Shown here piece after piece: positions 9,961-20,098 of a DNA stretch of 64,000 nt (positions are counted from its first letter, which is position 1; each line of letters begins with the position of its first letter). The notes beneath the pieces were generated by a model. It was given only the letters and a program-made list of their open reading frames with translations, did no database searches and was not told the origin of the DNA. A program made the position numbers and the translations under genes. This DNA comes from Candidatus Gastranaerophilales bacterium (lineage in GTDB: Bacteria > Cyanobacteriota > Vampirovibrionia > Gastranaerophilales > Gastranaerophilaceae): contig CANRHZ010000004.1 in NCBI GenBank assembly GCA_947630535.1, positions 10,243 through 74,242 on the forward strand. Direction: 5' to 3'.

Positions 9961-12810
9961 CTAAGAGGTAATTTTATCTCTTGATAAATATTCATCAAGA
10001 AATTTTGCCGTATAGGATTTGTCTTTGTGTTTTAAAATTTGCTTTAGGGTGCCTTTTGCAACAACTTGTCCCCCGTATTCTCCGCCTTCGGGGCCAAGGT
10101 CAATTATATGGTCTGCACATTTAACAATATCGAGGTTGTGTTCGATAATTAAAACTGAATTTCCCGAATCGGCAAGCTTTTGGAGTATTTTAATAAGTTT
10201 ATCCACATCATAATAATGAAGCCCGACAGATGGCTCATCCAATATATAAAGAGTTTTTCCCGTCGCTCTTTTATTTAATTCAAGGGCAAGCTTAATTCTT
10301 TGGGCTTCACCACCCGATAGAGTAGTAGCACTTTGTCCCAATTTTATATAGTCGAGCCCGACATCATAAAGAGTCTGGAGTCTTGTTTTAATTCTCGGAA
10401 CATTTTGGAAAAATTCAAGCGCCTCTGATACTGTCATATCAAGAACATCAGCTATGCTTTTTCCTTTATATTTAACTTCAAGGGTTTCTGAATTATACCT
10501 TTTTCCTTTACAAACGTCACAGTTTACATAAATATCGGACAAAAAATTCATCTCAATTTTAAGTACGCCGTCCCCCTTGCATTTTTCACATCTTCCGCCC
10601 TTAACATTAAAGCTGAATCTGCCTTGTTTGTAGCCCCTTACCTTTGCTTCATTTGTCTGAGAGAATAAATCCCTTATATGATTAAACACTTCGGTATAAG
10701 TTGCAGGGTTTGACCTTGGGGTTCTTCCTATGGGAGATTGGTCAACGGATACAACCTTATCGATATTTTCAAACCCCTTAATTTCATCCACACCTAATGG
10801 TTTAGGGCGATTACCCCTGAGTTTATGAAGGGCATATTCATATATAATATCATTTACAAGAGTGGATTTTCCCGAACCCGATACACCGGTTATTGCAACT
10901 ATTTTACCGAGCGGAATATTGACATCTATATTTTTTAAATTGTTAAGGTGGGCATTTTTAATTTCAAGAAAAGAACCGTTTCCAAGACGGGAAGTTTGCG
11001 GGGTTTTAATTTCCAGAGCTCCCGATAAGTATTTTCCCGTAACGGAGTCAGGACATTTTGCAACATCTTCTACAGACCCTTTTACAATAATGTTTCCGCC
11101 CTTTGTGCCCGCATAAGGACCGATATCTACAATGTAATCGGCACTTCTTATTGTATCCTCATCATGCTCAACAACAATTAATGTGTTTCCTAAATTTCTA
11201 AGTTTAAAAAGGGTTTGAATTAACATTGAATTGTCTCTTTGATGAAGCCCGATAGAAGGTTCATCAAGCACATATAAAACACCAGATAATCCGCTTCCTA
11301 TCTGAGTTGCAAGCCTTATTCTTTGAGATTCGCCGCCTGATAGCGTTGAAGCTTTTCTTTTTAAATTCAGATAAGATAACCCGACATCCATTAAAAATTT
11401 TAATCTGACCCTGATTTCATCAAGAACCTGTTTTACAATGGAAAGTCTGAAAGAATCAAGGGATAAATACAATTCCTCAATAAAACTGTGGGCATCTTTA
11501 ACAGACATGGAACAAAATTCATCAATATTTTTATCCATAAGAGTAACGGATAAAATAAAGGGGTTCAATCTTGCACCGTTACATGCTTTGCAGGTAATTT
11601 CACCCATATACTTTTGAATTTCCGCCCTTATTATATCAGAATCCGATTGTTCGAATTTTTTCATCATATACGGTATGACACCAATATATGGATGATAGTG
11701 AACTCTAACATATTTCGTGCCAAAATCGGGATATTTCATTTTGATTATTTCATTATCGTTCCCATATAAAATTATTCCTTTTTCTCTTGGAGAAAGAGAC
11801 TTAAAAGGAATATCGGGATTAATTCCGTAGTGTTCACAAACGGAATTTAAAACATCTGCATAGTATTTATTTCCGGTTTTATGCCAAGGGTATATCGCCC
11901 CTTGATTAATCGACTTTGTTTCATCAGGAACAACAAGTTCCATAGTAACTTCATAATGCGCACCAAGTCCGTTACATACCTTGCAGGCGCCGTACGGGGC
12001 ATTAAAACTGAACATTCTGGGGGAAAGTTCATCAAAACTAAGCTCACAGTTAGGACAGTTTAGTTTTTCAGAAAATAACCTTTCCCCTTCACCTATAATA
12101 TCAACGGCAACAAGCCCTTCGGAGCGAATAAGCGCCGTTTGAACACTGTCAAATATTCTTGAGTGAGAGGAAGGCTTAACAATTATTCTGTCAATAATAA
12201 CGTCTATGTCATGCTTTTTATTTTTTTCAAGCTCTATATCATCCTCATCAAGGTTATATATGTTTCCATCCGCTCTAACCCTTATGTAGCCTTCCTGTTT
12301 TAATTCGGAAAAAAGAGATTGATATTCGCCTTTTTTACCCCTTACAAGAGGAGAAATAATCTGAATTTTTGTACCCTCATTAAGGGAGGTTATTTTGGAT
12401 ACAATTTCATCTATAGTCTGAGGAACAATTTCCCTTCCGCACTTTGGACAGTGGGGAATTCCCGCTCTTGAATAAAGAAGCCTTAAAAAGTCGTAAATTT
12501 CCGTAATTGTTCCGACGGTTGATCTCGGGTTATTGGATGTGGATTTTTGGTCAATTGAAATTGCGGGGGAAAGCCCGTCAATTGAATCAACATCCGGTTT
12601 ATCCATCTGTCCCAAAAATTGTCTGGCGTATGTTGAAAGGCTTTCAACATAGCGCCTTTGGCCTTCGGCAAATATGGTATCGAACGCAAGAGAACTTTTC
12701 CCCGAACCCGAAACGCCCGTAAAAACAATAAGGGAGTTTTTCGGAAGTTCAAGCGAAACATTCCTTAAATTGTGTTGCCTTGCCCCTTTTATAACTATCT
12801 TATCGTTCAT
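9961..12810 (-). CDS. uvrA: excinuclease ABC subunit A
   Basis: 949 aa with two ABC modules (GVSGSGKSS and GVSGSGKST, LSGGE signatures) and CxxC zinc modules. Confidence 0.97.
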   Translation of the reverse strand: MNDKIVIKGARQHNLRNVSLELPKNSLIVFTGVSGSGKSSLAFDTIFAEGQRRYVESLSTYARQFLGQMDKPDVDSIDGLSPAISIDQKSTSNNPRSTVGTITEIYDFLRLLYSRAGIPHCPKCGREIVPQTIDEIVSKITSLNEGTKIQIISPLVRGKKGEYQSLFSELKQEGYIRVRADGNIYNLDEDDIELEKNKKHDIDVIIDRIIVKPSSHSRIFDSVQTALIRSEGLVAVDIIGEGERLFSEKLNCPNCELSFDELSPRMFSFNAPYGACKVCNGLGAHYEVTMELVVPDETKSINQGAIYPWHKTGNKYYADVLNSVCEHYGINPDIPFKSLSPREKGIILYGNDNEIIKMKYPDFGTKYVRVHYHPYIGVIPYMMKKFEQSDSDIIRAEIQKYMGEITCKACNGARLNPFILSVTLMDKNIDEFCSMSVKDAHSFIEELYLSLDSFRLSIVKQVLDEIRVRLKFLMDVGLSYLNLKRKASTLSGGESQRIRLATQIGSGLSGVLYVLDEPSIGLHQRDNSMLIQTLFKLRNLGNTLIVVEHDEDTIRSADYIVDIGPYAGTKGGNIIVKGSVEDVAKCPDSVTGKYLSGALEIKTPQTSRLGNGSFLEIKNAHLNNLKNIDVNIPLGKIVAITGVSGSGKSTLVNDIIYEYALHKLRGNRPKPLGVDEIKGFENIDKVVSVDQSPIGRTPRSNPATYTEVFNHIRDLFSQTNEAKVRGYKQGRFSFNVKGGRCEKCKGDGVLKIEMNFLSDIYVNCDVCKGKRYNSETLEVKYKGKSIADVLDMTVSEALEFFQNVPRIKTRLQTLYDVGLDYIKLGQSATTLSGGEAQRIKLALELNKRATGKTLYILDEPSVGLHYYDVDKLIKILQKLADSGNSVLIIEHNLDIVKCADHIIDLGPEGGEYGGQVVAKGTLKQILKHKDKSYTAKFLDEYLSRDKITS

Positions 12811-12840
12811 AAGAATATTATAAAACGAATGACAAACTAA

Positions 12841-13497
12841 TCAAATAATGTTTGATTTAACAGCAATAACGGCAGCTTGAACACGGTCTATGGCATTCAT
12901 TTTGTATAAAATATTTGCCACATGGGCTTTTGCGGTATTTATACTTACTATCATTTCTTTTGCAATTTGGGTATTGGTTTTGCCCTCTGCAAGAAGTTTT
13001 AAAACTTCCATTTCTCTTTGAGTTAAAGAAAATTTGTTATCATCTTTTTTATAAAGGTTAAAAAGTTCGTATGAGTCAGGTTTTGGAAAGATTTCTTTAT
13101 AGGTATTTAAAAGACAAGGATCAATCCAAATTGCATCCATACTGACCGCCTTTATTATTTTTTCAAGTTTTTCTTTGTCTGTGTCTTTATTTGTAAACCC
13201 GTTGGCACCCGAAAACATACTTGCTATTAAAAAATCTTTTCCGACATGTTCTGTTAAAACTATAATTTTAACGGAAGGATTTATGTGTTTAATCTTTCTT
13301 GCGGCCTTTATGCCGTTCATGCCCGTAAGATTTAAATCAAGAAGTATAATATCAACGGAATTTATAATACCGCTTTCAAAAAAAAGTTCAGCACATTCAA
13401 AATCCCCTAACACTTTTATATTTTTAATCAAAGATAGGGAATGTTTGACAGTAATTCTCTCTAATAGACAATCTTCGATAATTACAACATTTGTCAT
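12841..13497 (-). CDS. NarL/FixJ-type response regulator (REC + LuxR HTH)
   Basis: Canonical receiver residues (IIEDC, ILLDLNL, VLTEH, TNKD) and a C-terminal LuxR HTH (LTQREMEVLKLLAEGKTNTQIAKEM). Start ATG 13497 preferred over 13575. No histidine kinase is adjacent. Confidence 0.85.
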   Translation of the reverse strand: MTNVVIIEDCLLERITVKHSLSLIKNIKVLGDFECAELFFESGIINSVDIILLDLNLTGMNGIKAARKIKHINPSVKIIVLTEHVGKDFLIASMFSGANGFTNKDTDKEKLEKIIKAVSMDAIWIDPCLLNTYKEIFPKPDSYELFNLYKKDDNKFSLTQREMEVLKLLAEGKTNTQIAKEMIVSINTAKAHVANILYKMNAIDRVQAAVIAVKSNII

Positions 13498-13593
13498 TTT
13501 GTTTAATGCTTTCTTTTCACTACATTTTAAAACCTTATAAACATCAAACAATACAAAAAGAGCAAAATACATCACCCAATCAGGTAATTAAAA

Positions 13594-14796
13594 TTATTGA
13601 ATATTAAAATCGAAGGTAAATATTATATCGAGAGTTTCTCTGTTTAGTTTATCGGGAAGCGGGGGGAAAGGCTTTGAAAGTTCGATTGCATCCAATGCCG
13701 ATTTATCAAATTCAACAAGGCCCGAGGAAGAATAAATTTGATTGTTTATAAGCTCTCCTTCTTTATTGACCGTAAATTTAACGGAAGCCTTTTTTAAATT
13801 GGAACCGACAGGCGGTGTCCAGTTAGTTTTTATAGAAACCTCTATATCTTTAATATAAGAATCAAGAACTTCTTTATTTATGGGCTCTTGTTTTACTTCT
13901 TGAGGTTTTTTGGCTTCAATTTGGCTTTGTTGTTGAGAGGACATTTTAAATTCAATTGTACGTTTCAGGGATTGGGCAGCTTTATTATCCTTATTTTCCT
14001 CTAAAATTTCATTGCACAAATTAACGGAAGAATCAAATTTGTTGAGCTCAAAATAACATTTAGCAAGTTTTAGGGCAATATTTTCGTCAAAAGAGTATAA
14101 AAGCGAATCTTCAAAATATGAAACGGCCTTTTTATATTCCATTTTCTGAAAATAAATTTCACCGATTTGAGAGTTTGCAAGCACATTTTGGGGCTCGCTT
14201 TCAAGTATTTTTTCAAACAAAACTATGGCATCATCAGCCATTCCTCTTAGTTTATATGCCTGGGCGGTGAGGCTTAATACCTCTAAGTTGTCTATTTGAG
14301 ATTTACTTGCCTGAGTTAAATACTTGGAAGCGTTTTTATAATCATTTAGCGAAAAATATATTTTTCCAAGCTCATAGTTAGCTTCGTAAGAATCGGGGTT
14401 AAATTCAATAGCCTTTTCAAAATTTGCTATAGCAAGGGTTTGATTACCTTCTTCAAGATAAATTTTTGCAAGATAAATATACGCATCAGGATCATCAACA
14501 ATCGAAAGTTGTTTATTTAAATATTCGATTGCTTTTTCATTATTTCCTTCATCATAATATCTTATTGCATCGAAATAAAGTTGTTGGGCGTCTTTTAAGT
14601 TTTTTGGGGCAATAGCAAGAATTTTTTTTCCGAACCTTGTATTAAAATTAAAAGAAAAAGCGCTCACACAAAGGGCAACAAAAGTTAAGAACATAACAAC
14701 AAGAAAAACCTTGATTGCAACCTTCCTTTTTTTGGGTCTTATCGGTTTTTCAAGAAAAAAATCTTTATCAATATCAAATTCTTTTTTAAACTGCAC
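13594..14796 (-). CDS. membrane-anchored TPR-repeat protein with TonB/TolA-like C-terminal domain
   Basis: One N-terminal TM (VAIKVFLVVMFLTFVALCVSAF), several TPR-like repeats, and a C-terminal approx 90 aa (NWTPPVGS...VKFTVNKEGELIN...SGLVEFDKSALDAIE) resembling the TonB_C fold. Confidence 0.7.
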   Translation of the reverse strand: MQFKKEFDIDKDFFLEKPIRPKKRKVAIKVFLVVMFLTFVALCVSAFSFNFNTRFGKKILAIAPKNLKDAQQLYFDAIRYYDEGNNEKAIEYLNKQLSIVDDPDAYIYLAKIYLEEGNQTLAIANFEKAIEFNPDSYEANYELGKIYFSLNDYKNASKYLTQASKSQIDNLEVLSLTAQAYKLRGMADDAIVLFEKILESEPQNVLANSQIGEIYFQKMEYKKAVSYFEDSLLYSFDENIALKLAKCYFELNKFDSSVNLCNEILEENKDNKAAQSLKRTIEFKMSSQQQSQIEAKKPQEVKQEPINKEVLDSYIKDIEVSIKTNWTPPVGSNLKKASVKFTVNKEGELINNQIYSSSGLVEFDKSALDAIELSKPFPPLPDKLNRETLDIIFTFDFNIQ

Positions 14797-15937
14797 TTTT
14801 AAGCCTTATGTATTTTCTCATATCCAGATTTAAAATATGTTTAATATTCTCATAAGAATCAGCTTTAATAAAAAGAACGCAAAACATTGGTTTTATTCTG
14901 TAATCAAACTCTCTTACATCCAAAATTTCGCTTTTTGTATCTTTTTTAAAGGATTCAATGTCAAATGACATTATATCACTTTTTTCGATATCAAGGGGGA
15001 CTTCTCCCATAACAAAGGCATAAACCCCTTTATTGGTTGAATTTATGTATTCCCAGTCGGGTTTTTTATTTTCCATAAAATATTCATAAATATTAATATT
15101 GTATGCAAAATACGCCAAATCTGTTGTGCACCAGCCTGCAAACCTAAGAGGATTAATTTCTATGGGAACAATTTCATCCCCGTTTATTCTAAGCTCAATA
15201 TGCATAGGAAAATTCTTAGGACAAATAAGTTTTGAGATACCGTTTAGAAGGGGCGAGAGCTTATCTTTGTATTTCATAATAATTGAAGGGGAAGAAACAT
15301 ACATCCTATCCGATACGTCATATTTATTTAAAAAGGGATGATAAAAAAGATTTAAGATAACGGGGTTTGAGTTTTCATCATAATAAACATCAAGTGCGTA
15401 TTCTATACCTTCTATATATTTTTCAATTATAAAATTGTCACAGTTAAGTACGGATTCGGGGAACATACCCTTTGTTTTTTCAATTGATTGAACAATTGCT
15501 TTAATTGCACCTTCAAACTCTGAAGAATTGTATACGCTATAAACCCCGAAGCTTAAAAAACCAACCGCAGGTTTAATAACCACAGGGTAGGAAATTGAAT
15601 TTTTATCAAGGTTTATAAGCTCATTATATGAAACTTTCCTAAAATAAAAATCGGGATATAATTTGCTTAAGATTTCTCTAAAAGAAACTTTGTCTTTAAA
15701 TAAATCAATATAGTAAGGAATTTTTGTATCTTTGAGGTATGTTTTTATTATATCTATTGAATTTTCCGAGTTTGAATAGACGTGGTTTGTTTCTATAAAT
15801 GAAGAATATATTTTATCTGTCGTAACTGTGTTTAAATTTTTTTCTTTTAATATGGGATTATCCAAAACAGGGTAATTATTTTTTCTGATTGTTTCGATTA
15901 AAAAATCTGATACATAAGGTTCATCCAAGAAAAACAT
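14786..15937 (-). CDS. ATP-grasp domain protein of unknown substrate
   Basis: ATG 15937 has GGAG 8 nt upstream. ATP-grasp-like core (YPVVIKPAVGFLSFGVYSV ... IEKYIEG ... IEINPLRFAGW). Overlaps the downstream TPR gene by 11 nt. Confidence 0.65.
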   Translation of the reverse strand: MFFLDEPYVSDFLIETIRKNNYPVLDNPILKEKNLNTVTTDKIYSSFIETNHVYSNSENSIDIIKTYLKDTKIPYYIDLFKDKVSFREILSKLYPDFYFRKVSYNELINLDKNSISYPVVIKPAVGFLSFGVYSVYNSSEFEGAIKAIVQSIEKTKGMFPESVLNCDNFIIEKYIEGIEYALDVYYDENSNPVILNLFYHPFLNKYDVSDRMYVSSPSIIMKYKDKLSPLLNGISKLICPKNFPMHIELRINGDEIVPIEINPLRFAGWCTTDLAYFAYNINIYEYFMENKKPDWEYINSTNKGVYAFVMGEVPLDIEKSDIMSFDIESFKKDTKSEILDVREFDYRIKPMFCVLFIKADSYENIKHILNLDMRKYIRLKSAV

Positions 15938-16053
15938 TTTAAAAACTCCTATTAAATTCAATAAAATAATAACAAAAAATTATTTTTATGTTAGAATTTT
16001 CATAACTTTTGTTTATTTTAAAAGTAGAAATAAAGAATAATAAGGAGAATTTT

Positions 16054-18720
16054 ATGACCGATAACAAACGTGTTTGGTTGTTTAGAGAAGGAAATGCAAA
16101 CATGCGCAATCTTCTTGGCGGAAAAGGCGCAAATCTTGCAGAAATGACAAATCTTGGATTGCCCGTACCTCCGGGATTAACCATTACAACCGAAACTTGC
16201 ATGGACTATATTAATAGCGGAAACAAAATGCCTGAAGGCTTAATGGATGAAGTAAAAACCGCTCTTAAAGATGTTGAAGCGCAAAAAGGACAAAAATTCG
16301 GCGACAGTCAAAATCCGCTTTTGGTTTCGGTTCGTTCCGGCGCAAGAATTTCAATGCCCGGCATGATGGAAACAATATTAAACCTGGGCTTAAATGACGA
16401 AACGGTTGAAGCTATGGTTAAATTAACAAACAACCCCCGTTTTTGCTATGACAGTTACAGAAGATTTCTTACAATGTTCGGCTCTGTTGCATGGGATATG
16501 GACAGACAAAAGTACTTTGAAGCCGAAGTTGAAAAGCTAAAAGAAAAAGAAGGGGTTAAATCAGATACGGAAATTTCTGCGGACGGCTGGAAATCCTTAA
16601 TTCCCATATACAAAAAAACAATCAAAGAAGTTACGGGAAAAGATTTTCCCCAAGACCCCTATGTACAATTACAAGAAGCAATTGAAGCGGTATTTAGAAG
16701 CTGGAACATCCCAAGAGCAGTTGCATACAGAAACATGAATAAAATTGACCATAACTACGGTACCGCAGTCAATGTTCAATCAATGGTGTTCGGGAATATG
16801 GGTGATGACTGTGCTACAGGGGTATCGTTTACAAGAAACCCCGCAACCGGCGAAAACAAATTTTACGGCGAATATTTAACAAATGCTCAGGGCGAGGACG
16901 TTGTTGCAGGTATCAGAACACCAAAACCGATTGCAATGTTAGAAACCGAAATGCCTGATTTATACAGACAGTATGTTGATATTGCAAAAAAACTTGAACT
17001 TGGATATAAAGATGTTCAGGATATGGAATTTACAATAGAAAGAGGTAAATTATATATCCTTCAAACCAGAAACGGCAAAAGAACCGCCGCAGCTGCAATA
17101 AGAATTGCGGTTGAAATGCAAAAAGAGGGAATAATTTCAAAAGAAAGAGCTATTGAGCTTGTTGATCCGTATACCGTAAATCAAATTTTACTTCCCTGCT
17201 TTGATATAAAGGCAATGGAAGAAGCTAAAAAGATATCAACGGGTGTAAACGCATCCCCCGGAGCTGCCGTAGGTAAAATCGTATTTGATACGGAAGAAGC
17301 GGCACAAAGAGGCGAAGCGGGCGAAAAAGTTATTCTTGTCCGTGTTGAAACATGTCCTGATGATATTCACGGTATGGCAGTATCTCAAGGTGTTTTAACC
17401 TTAAGAGGCGGTGCAACAAGCCATGCTGCGGTTGTTGCAAAGGGAATGGGAAAACCCTGTGTATCAGGATGCGAAGATATTAAAATTGATTTAGCTAACG
17501 AAACTTTAACCGGAAAAGACGGTACAATCTACCATAAAAACGATATCATATCGCTTGACGGCGGTAAAGGTATTGTTATGGAAGGGGCTGTAAAGCTCGT
17601 TGAAGCAAAGATTGACGACAATTGGAACACTTTCTTTGGCTGGGTAGATGAAGCAAAGAAAATGAAAATTGAAGCAAATGCAGACACACCAAAAGATATT
17701 GAAAACGCAATTAAATTTGGTGCGGAAGGTGTCGGACTTTGCAGAACGGAACATATGTTTATGGACCCGGATAGACTTCCTTGGGTTCAAAAGATGATTA
17801 TTGCGGGAACCAAAGAAGCAAGAAAAGAAGCACTTGATAAACTTCTTCCCATGCAATATTCAGACTTTTATGCAATGTTTAAAGCACTTGGTGATAAACC
17901 TTTAACTGTAAGACTTCTTGATCCTCCGCTTCATGAATTTCTTCCTTCAAAAGAAGATTTAATTGCGGAAGTTGCAACTCTAAAAGCTTTGAATAAAGAT
18001 TACAAAGAAAAAGAAGAACTTTTAAAAATAGTTGAAAATTTATCCGAATCAAATCCTATGATGGGCTTAAGAGGTTGCAGACTCGGCTTAACGTATCCTG
18101 AAATAAACGAAATGCAGGTAAGGGCAATTTTTGAAGCATGTTGCGATTTAAAACGTGAAGGATATGCGGTTAAACCGTGGATTATGATACCTTTAATCGG
18201 ACATGTTAACGAATTAAAAACCGCAAAAGATATTCTCGTTAGAGTTGCAAGAGAAGTAATGATTCAAAAAGGAATTGAAGTTGAATACAAATTCGGCACA
18301 ATGATTGAAATTCCAAGAGCAGCTTTAACGGCGGATGAAATTGCTCAATATGCCGAATTCTTCTCATTTGGCACAAACGACCTTACACAGATGACATTCG
18401 GGTATTCAAGGGATGATGCGGAAGGCAAGTTCTTAAACAGATACGTAGAACAAAAAATCCTGCCTTCTAATCCGTTTGAAACACTTGACACAAAAGGTGT
18501 TGGACAGTTAATCGAAATGTCTATGGAAAAAGGTAAAAAGGTTAACCCCGCACTTGTTGGCGGAGTTTGCGGAGAACATGGCGGCGATCCTAATTCGGTT
18601 AAATTCTGCCATTCAATCGGATTAAACTATGTATCCTGCTCACCATACAGAGTTCCGCAAGCAAGGTTAGCAGCAGCACAGGCGGCTATTGCTGAAGCAA
18701 AACAAAAAGTCTGTGTATAA
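16054..18720 (+). CDS. ppdK: pyruvate, phosphate dikinase
   Basis: ATG 16054 follows AAGGAG. N-terminus LLGGKGANLAEM, phosphohistidine loop RGGATSHAAVVAKGMG, C-terminal PEP-utilising TIM domain (GTNDLTQ). Confidence 0.96.
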   Translation: MTDNKRVWLFREGNANMRNLLGGKGANLAEMTNLGLPVPPGLTITTETCMDYINSGNKMPEGLMDEVKTALKDVEAQKGQKFGDSQNPLLVSVRSGARISMPGMMETILNLGLNDETVEAMVKLTNNPRFCYDSYRRFLTMFGSVAWDMDRQKYFEAEVEKLKEKEGVKSDTEISADGWKSLIPIYKKTIKEVTGKDFPQDPYVQLQEAIEAVFRSWNIPRAVAYRNMNKIDHNYGTAVNVQSMVFGNMGDDCATGVSFTRNPATGENKFYGEYLTNAQGEDVVAGIRTPKPIAMLETEMPDLYRQYVDIAKKLELGYKDVQDMEFTIERGKLYILQTRNGKRTAAAAIRIAVEMQKEGIISKERAIELVDPYTVNQILLPCFDIKAMEEAKKISTGVNASPGAAVGKIVFDTEEAAQRGEAGEKVILVRVETCPDDIHGMAVSQGVLTLRGGATSHAAVVAKGMGKPCVSGCEDIKIDLANETLTGKDGTIYHKNDIISLDGGKGIVMEGAVKLVEAKIDDNWNTFFGWVDEAKKMKIEANADTPKDIENAIKFGAEGVGLCRTEHMFMDPDRLPWVQKMIIAGTKEARKEALDKLLPMQYSDFYAMFKALGDKPLTVRLLDPPLHEFLPSKEDLIAEVATLKALNKDYKEKEELLKIVENLSESNPMMGLRGCRLGLTYPEINEMQVRAIFEACCDLKREGYAVKPWIMIPLIGHVNELKTAKDILVRVAREVMIQKGIEVEYKFGTMIEIPRAALTADEIAQYAEFFSFGTNDLTQMTFGYSRDDAEGKFLNRYVEQKILPSNPFETLDTKGVGQLIEMSMEKGKKVNPALVGGVCGEHGGDPNSVKFCHSIGLNYVSCSPYRVPQARLAAAQAAIAEAKQKVCV

Positions 18721-18737
18721 ATAAAATAAATACAGTA

Positions 18738-18770
18738 AATAGCACTCCTTTATAGGGGGTGCTATTTTAT
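18738..18770 (+). terminator. rho-independent terminator of ppdK
   Basis: AATAGCAC (18738-18745) pairs with GTGCTATT (18759-18766), with inner C-G pairs, followed by TTTTAT. Confidence 0.7.
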
Positions 18771-18837
18771 TTAACGGATTTGCAAAATATAATAAATTTG
18801 CTAAAATTAAATTGTATAATTATTATAGAAACAATAA

Positions 18838-19362
18838 ATGACCATTAGGGAAGAATACGAAAATCTAAAAACAGAATTAATTGTAAGATTGGCCGATGCA
18901 ACCACAATGTGCGCTCTTGAGTTTCCTTTTGATTTGGAAATATCCAAAGAAGAAGAAACAAGGTACTTTATAAGGGGTGCTAATACCAGACTTGCAACGA
19001 AGAAGTCAATGATTATTCTTGATAACACATATAAAAAAGTAAGGCTTTTCCCATCGGATGACATTGCCGATATTTTTATTGAAGCAAGGGATGGAATTCT
19101 TGAAGATTACAAAAAAGACGTAATGGATGCTTACAACGGAGAAAAATACACCTTTATGGAAGATACATTAGAAACTTACAGTGCATACATTGACAGTTTA
19201 ATCTCCAAAATAAAGGAAGCATCAAAACCTTACATAGAAAAATTAAAAACACTCACAAAACAAGATATCGAAAAAGAAATTGATGCAAAAGACAAGTTGC
19301 TAAACCTTTCGGTAAAGGCTAACAGTACTATAAACAGTGAAGATAAAAAAGAGTTGTTTTAG
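18838..19362 (+). CDS. hypothetical protein (174 aa)
   Basis: Uninterrupted ORF in a gap not covered by other genes. Acidic/helical; no motif recognised. Confidence 0.55.
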   Translation: MTIREEYENLKTELIVRLADATTMCALEFPFDLEISKEEETRYFIRGANTRLATKKSMIILDNTYKKVRLFPSDDIADIFIEARDGILEDYKKDVMDAYNGEKYTFMEDTLETYSAYIDSLISKIKEASKPYIEKLKTLTKQDIEKEIDAKDKLLNLSVKANSTINSEDKKELF

Positions 19363-20093
19363 CTCTTTAAAGTAATAAATGCACTTAACCTGTCTGTAGT
19401 TCCCTGATTTTTTCTGTATGAGGGGAACATGTCATTATTGCAGCAAGTGCAAAAGGGAGATACGTCGATTTTTTCTACACCCGCCTGATTTAGTTGTATT
19501 TTATTTATAAGCGGCAAATTAGCATAGCATTTACCGTTTCTATATTCACAATAAGAAGAATCATTAATTGATTTTTCAAGCATATACATAATTTCTTCGC
19601 TTGTTTCAAAACACTTATAACAAATACAAGGCCCTATAACCCCTATTATATCTTTTGGATTGGAATTAAAGTCATTTTTCATTTTTAAAACCGTCTTTTT
19701 TACAATTTGTTTTACTGTTCCTCTCCAACCGGAATGAACAATTGAAGCTATATTGTTATTTGAATCATAAAGTATAATAGGAACACAGTCTGCGAAATTT
19801 AAAAATATTCCGTTTTTAAAATCAGCCAAAATAAGCGCATCTGAGTCGGGGTAATCAACAATCCCGTCTTTAACAATTTCAATGTTATCGGAATGAATTT
19901 GTTTTGAAGTAACCAGATATTCAAGCTGGAATATCTCTTTTAATTCCCTTCTGTAATTAAGAGATAAAGCCACCTTATCATCGCTTTCTTTTGTCTTTAA
20001 AATAAGCTCTCTTGTTGTGAAAAAATGGTTAATATCTCCTAAAAAATCGGATTTTACAACCTGTTTATTCATAACCTTATCTGTATAAAACAT
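19359..20093 (-). CDS. pgeF: peptidoglycan editing factor / YfiH (DUF152) family
   Basis: HSGWRG motif, a later conserved Cys/His region (GPCICYKCFE), size approx 245 aa. Confidence 0.85.
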   Translation of the reverse strand: MFYTDKVMNKQVVKSDFLGDINHFFTTRELILKTKESDDKVALSLNYRRELKEIFQLEYLVTSKQIHSDNIEIVKDGIVDYPDSDALILADFKNGIFLNFADCVPIILYDSNNNIASIVHSGWRGTVKQIVKKTVLKMKNDFNSNPKDIIGVIGPCICYKCFETSEEIMYMLEKSINDSSYCEYRNGKCYANLPLINKIQLNQAGVEKIDVSPFCTCCNNDMFPSYRKNQGTTDRLSAFITLKS

Positions 20094-20098
20094 GAATT

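Noticed and set aside
10197-10205. DnaA-box-like TTATCCACA
   Set aside because: It is a single occurrence inside uvrA coding sequence, with no cluster, AT-rich unwinding element or dnaA/dnaN context.
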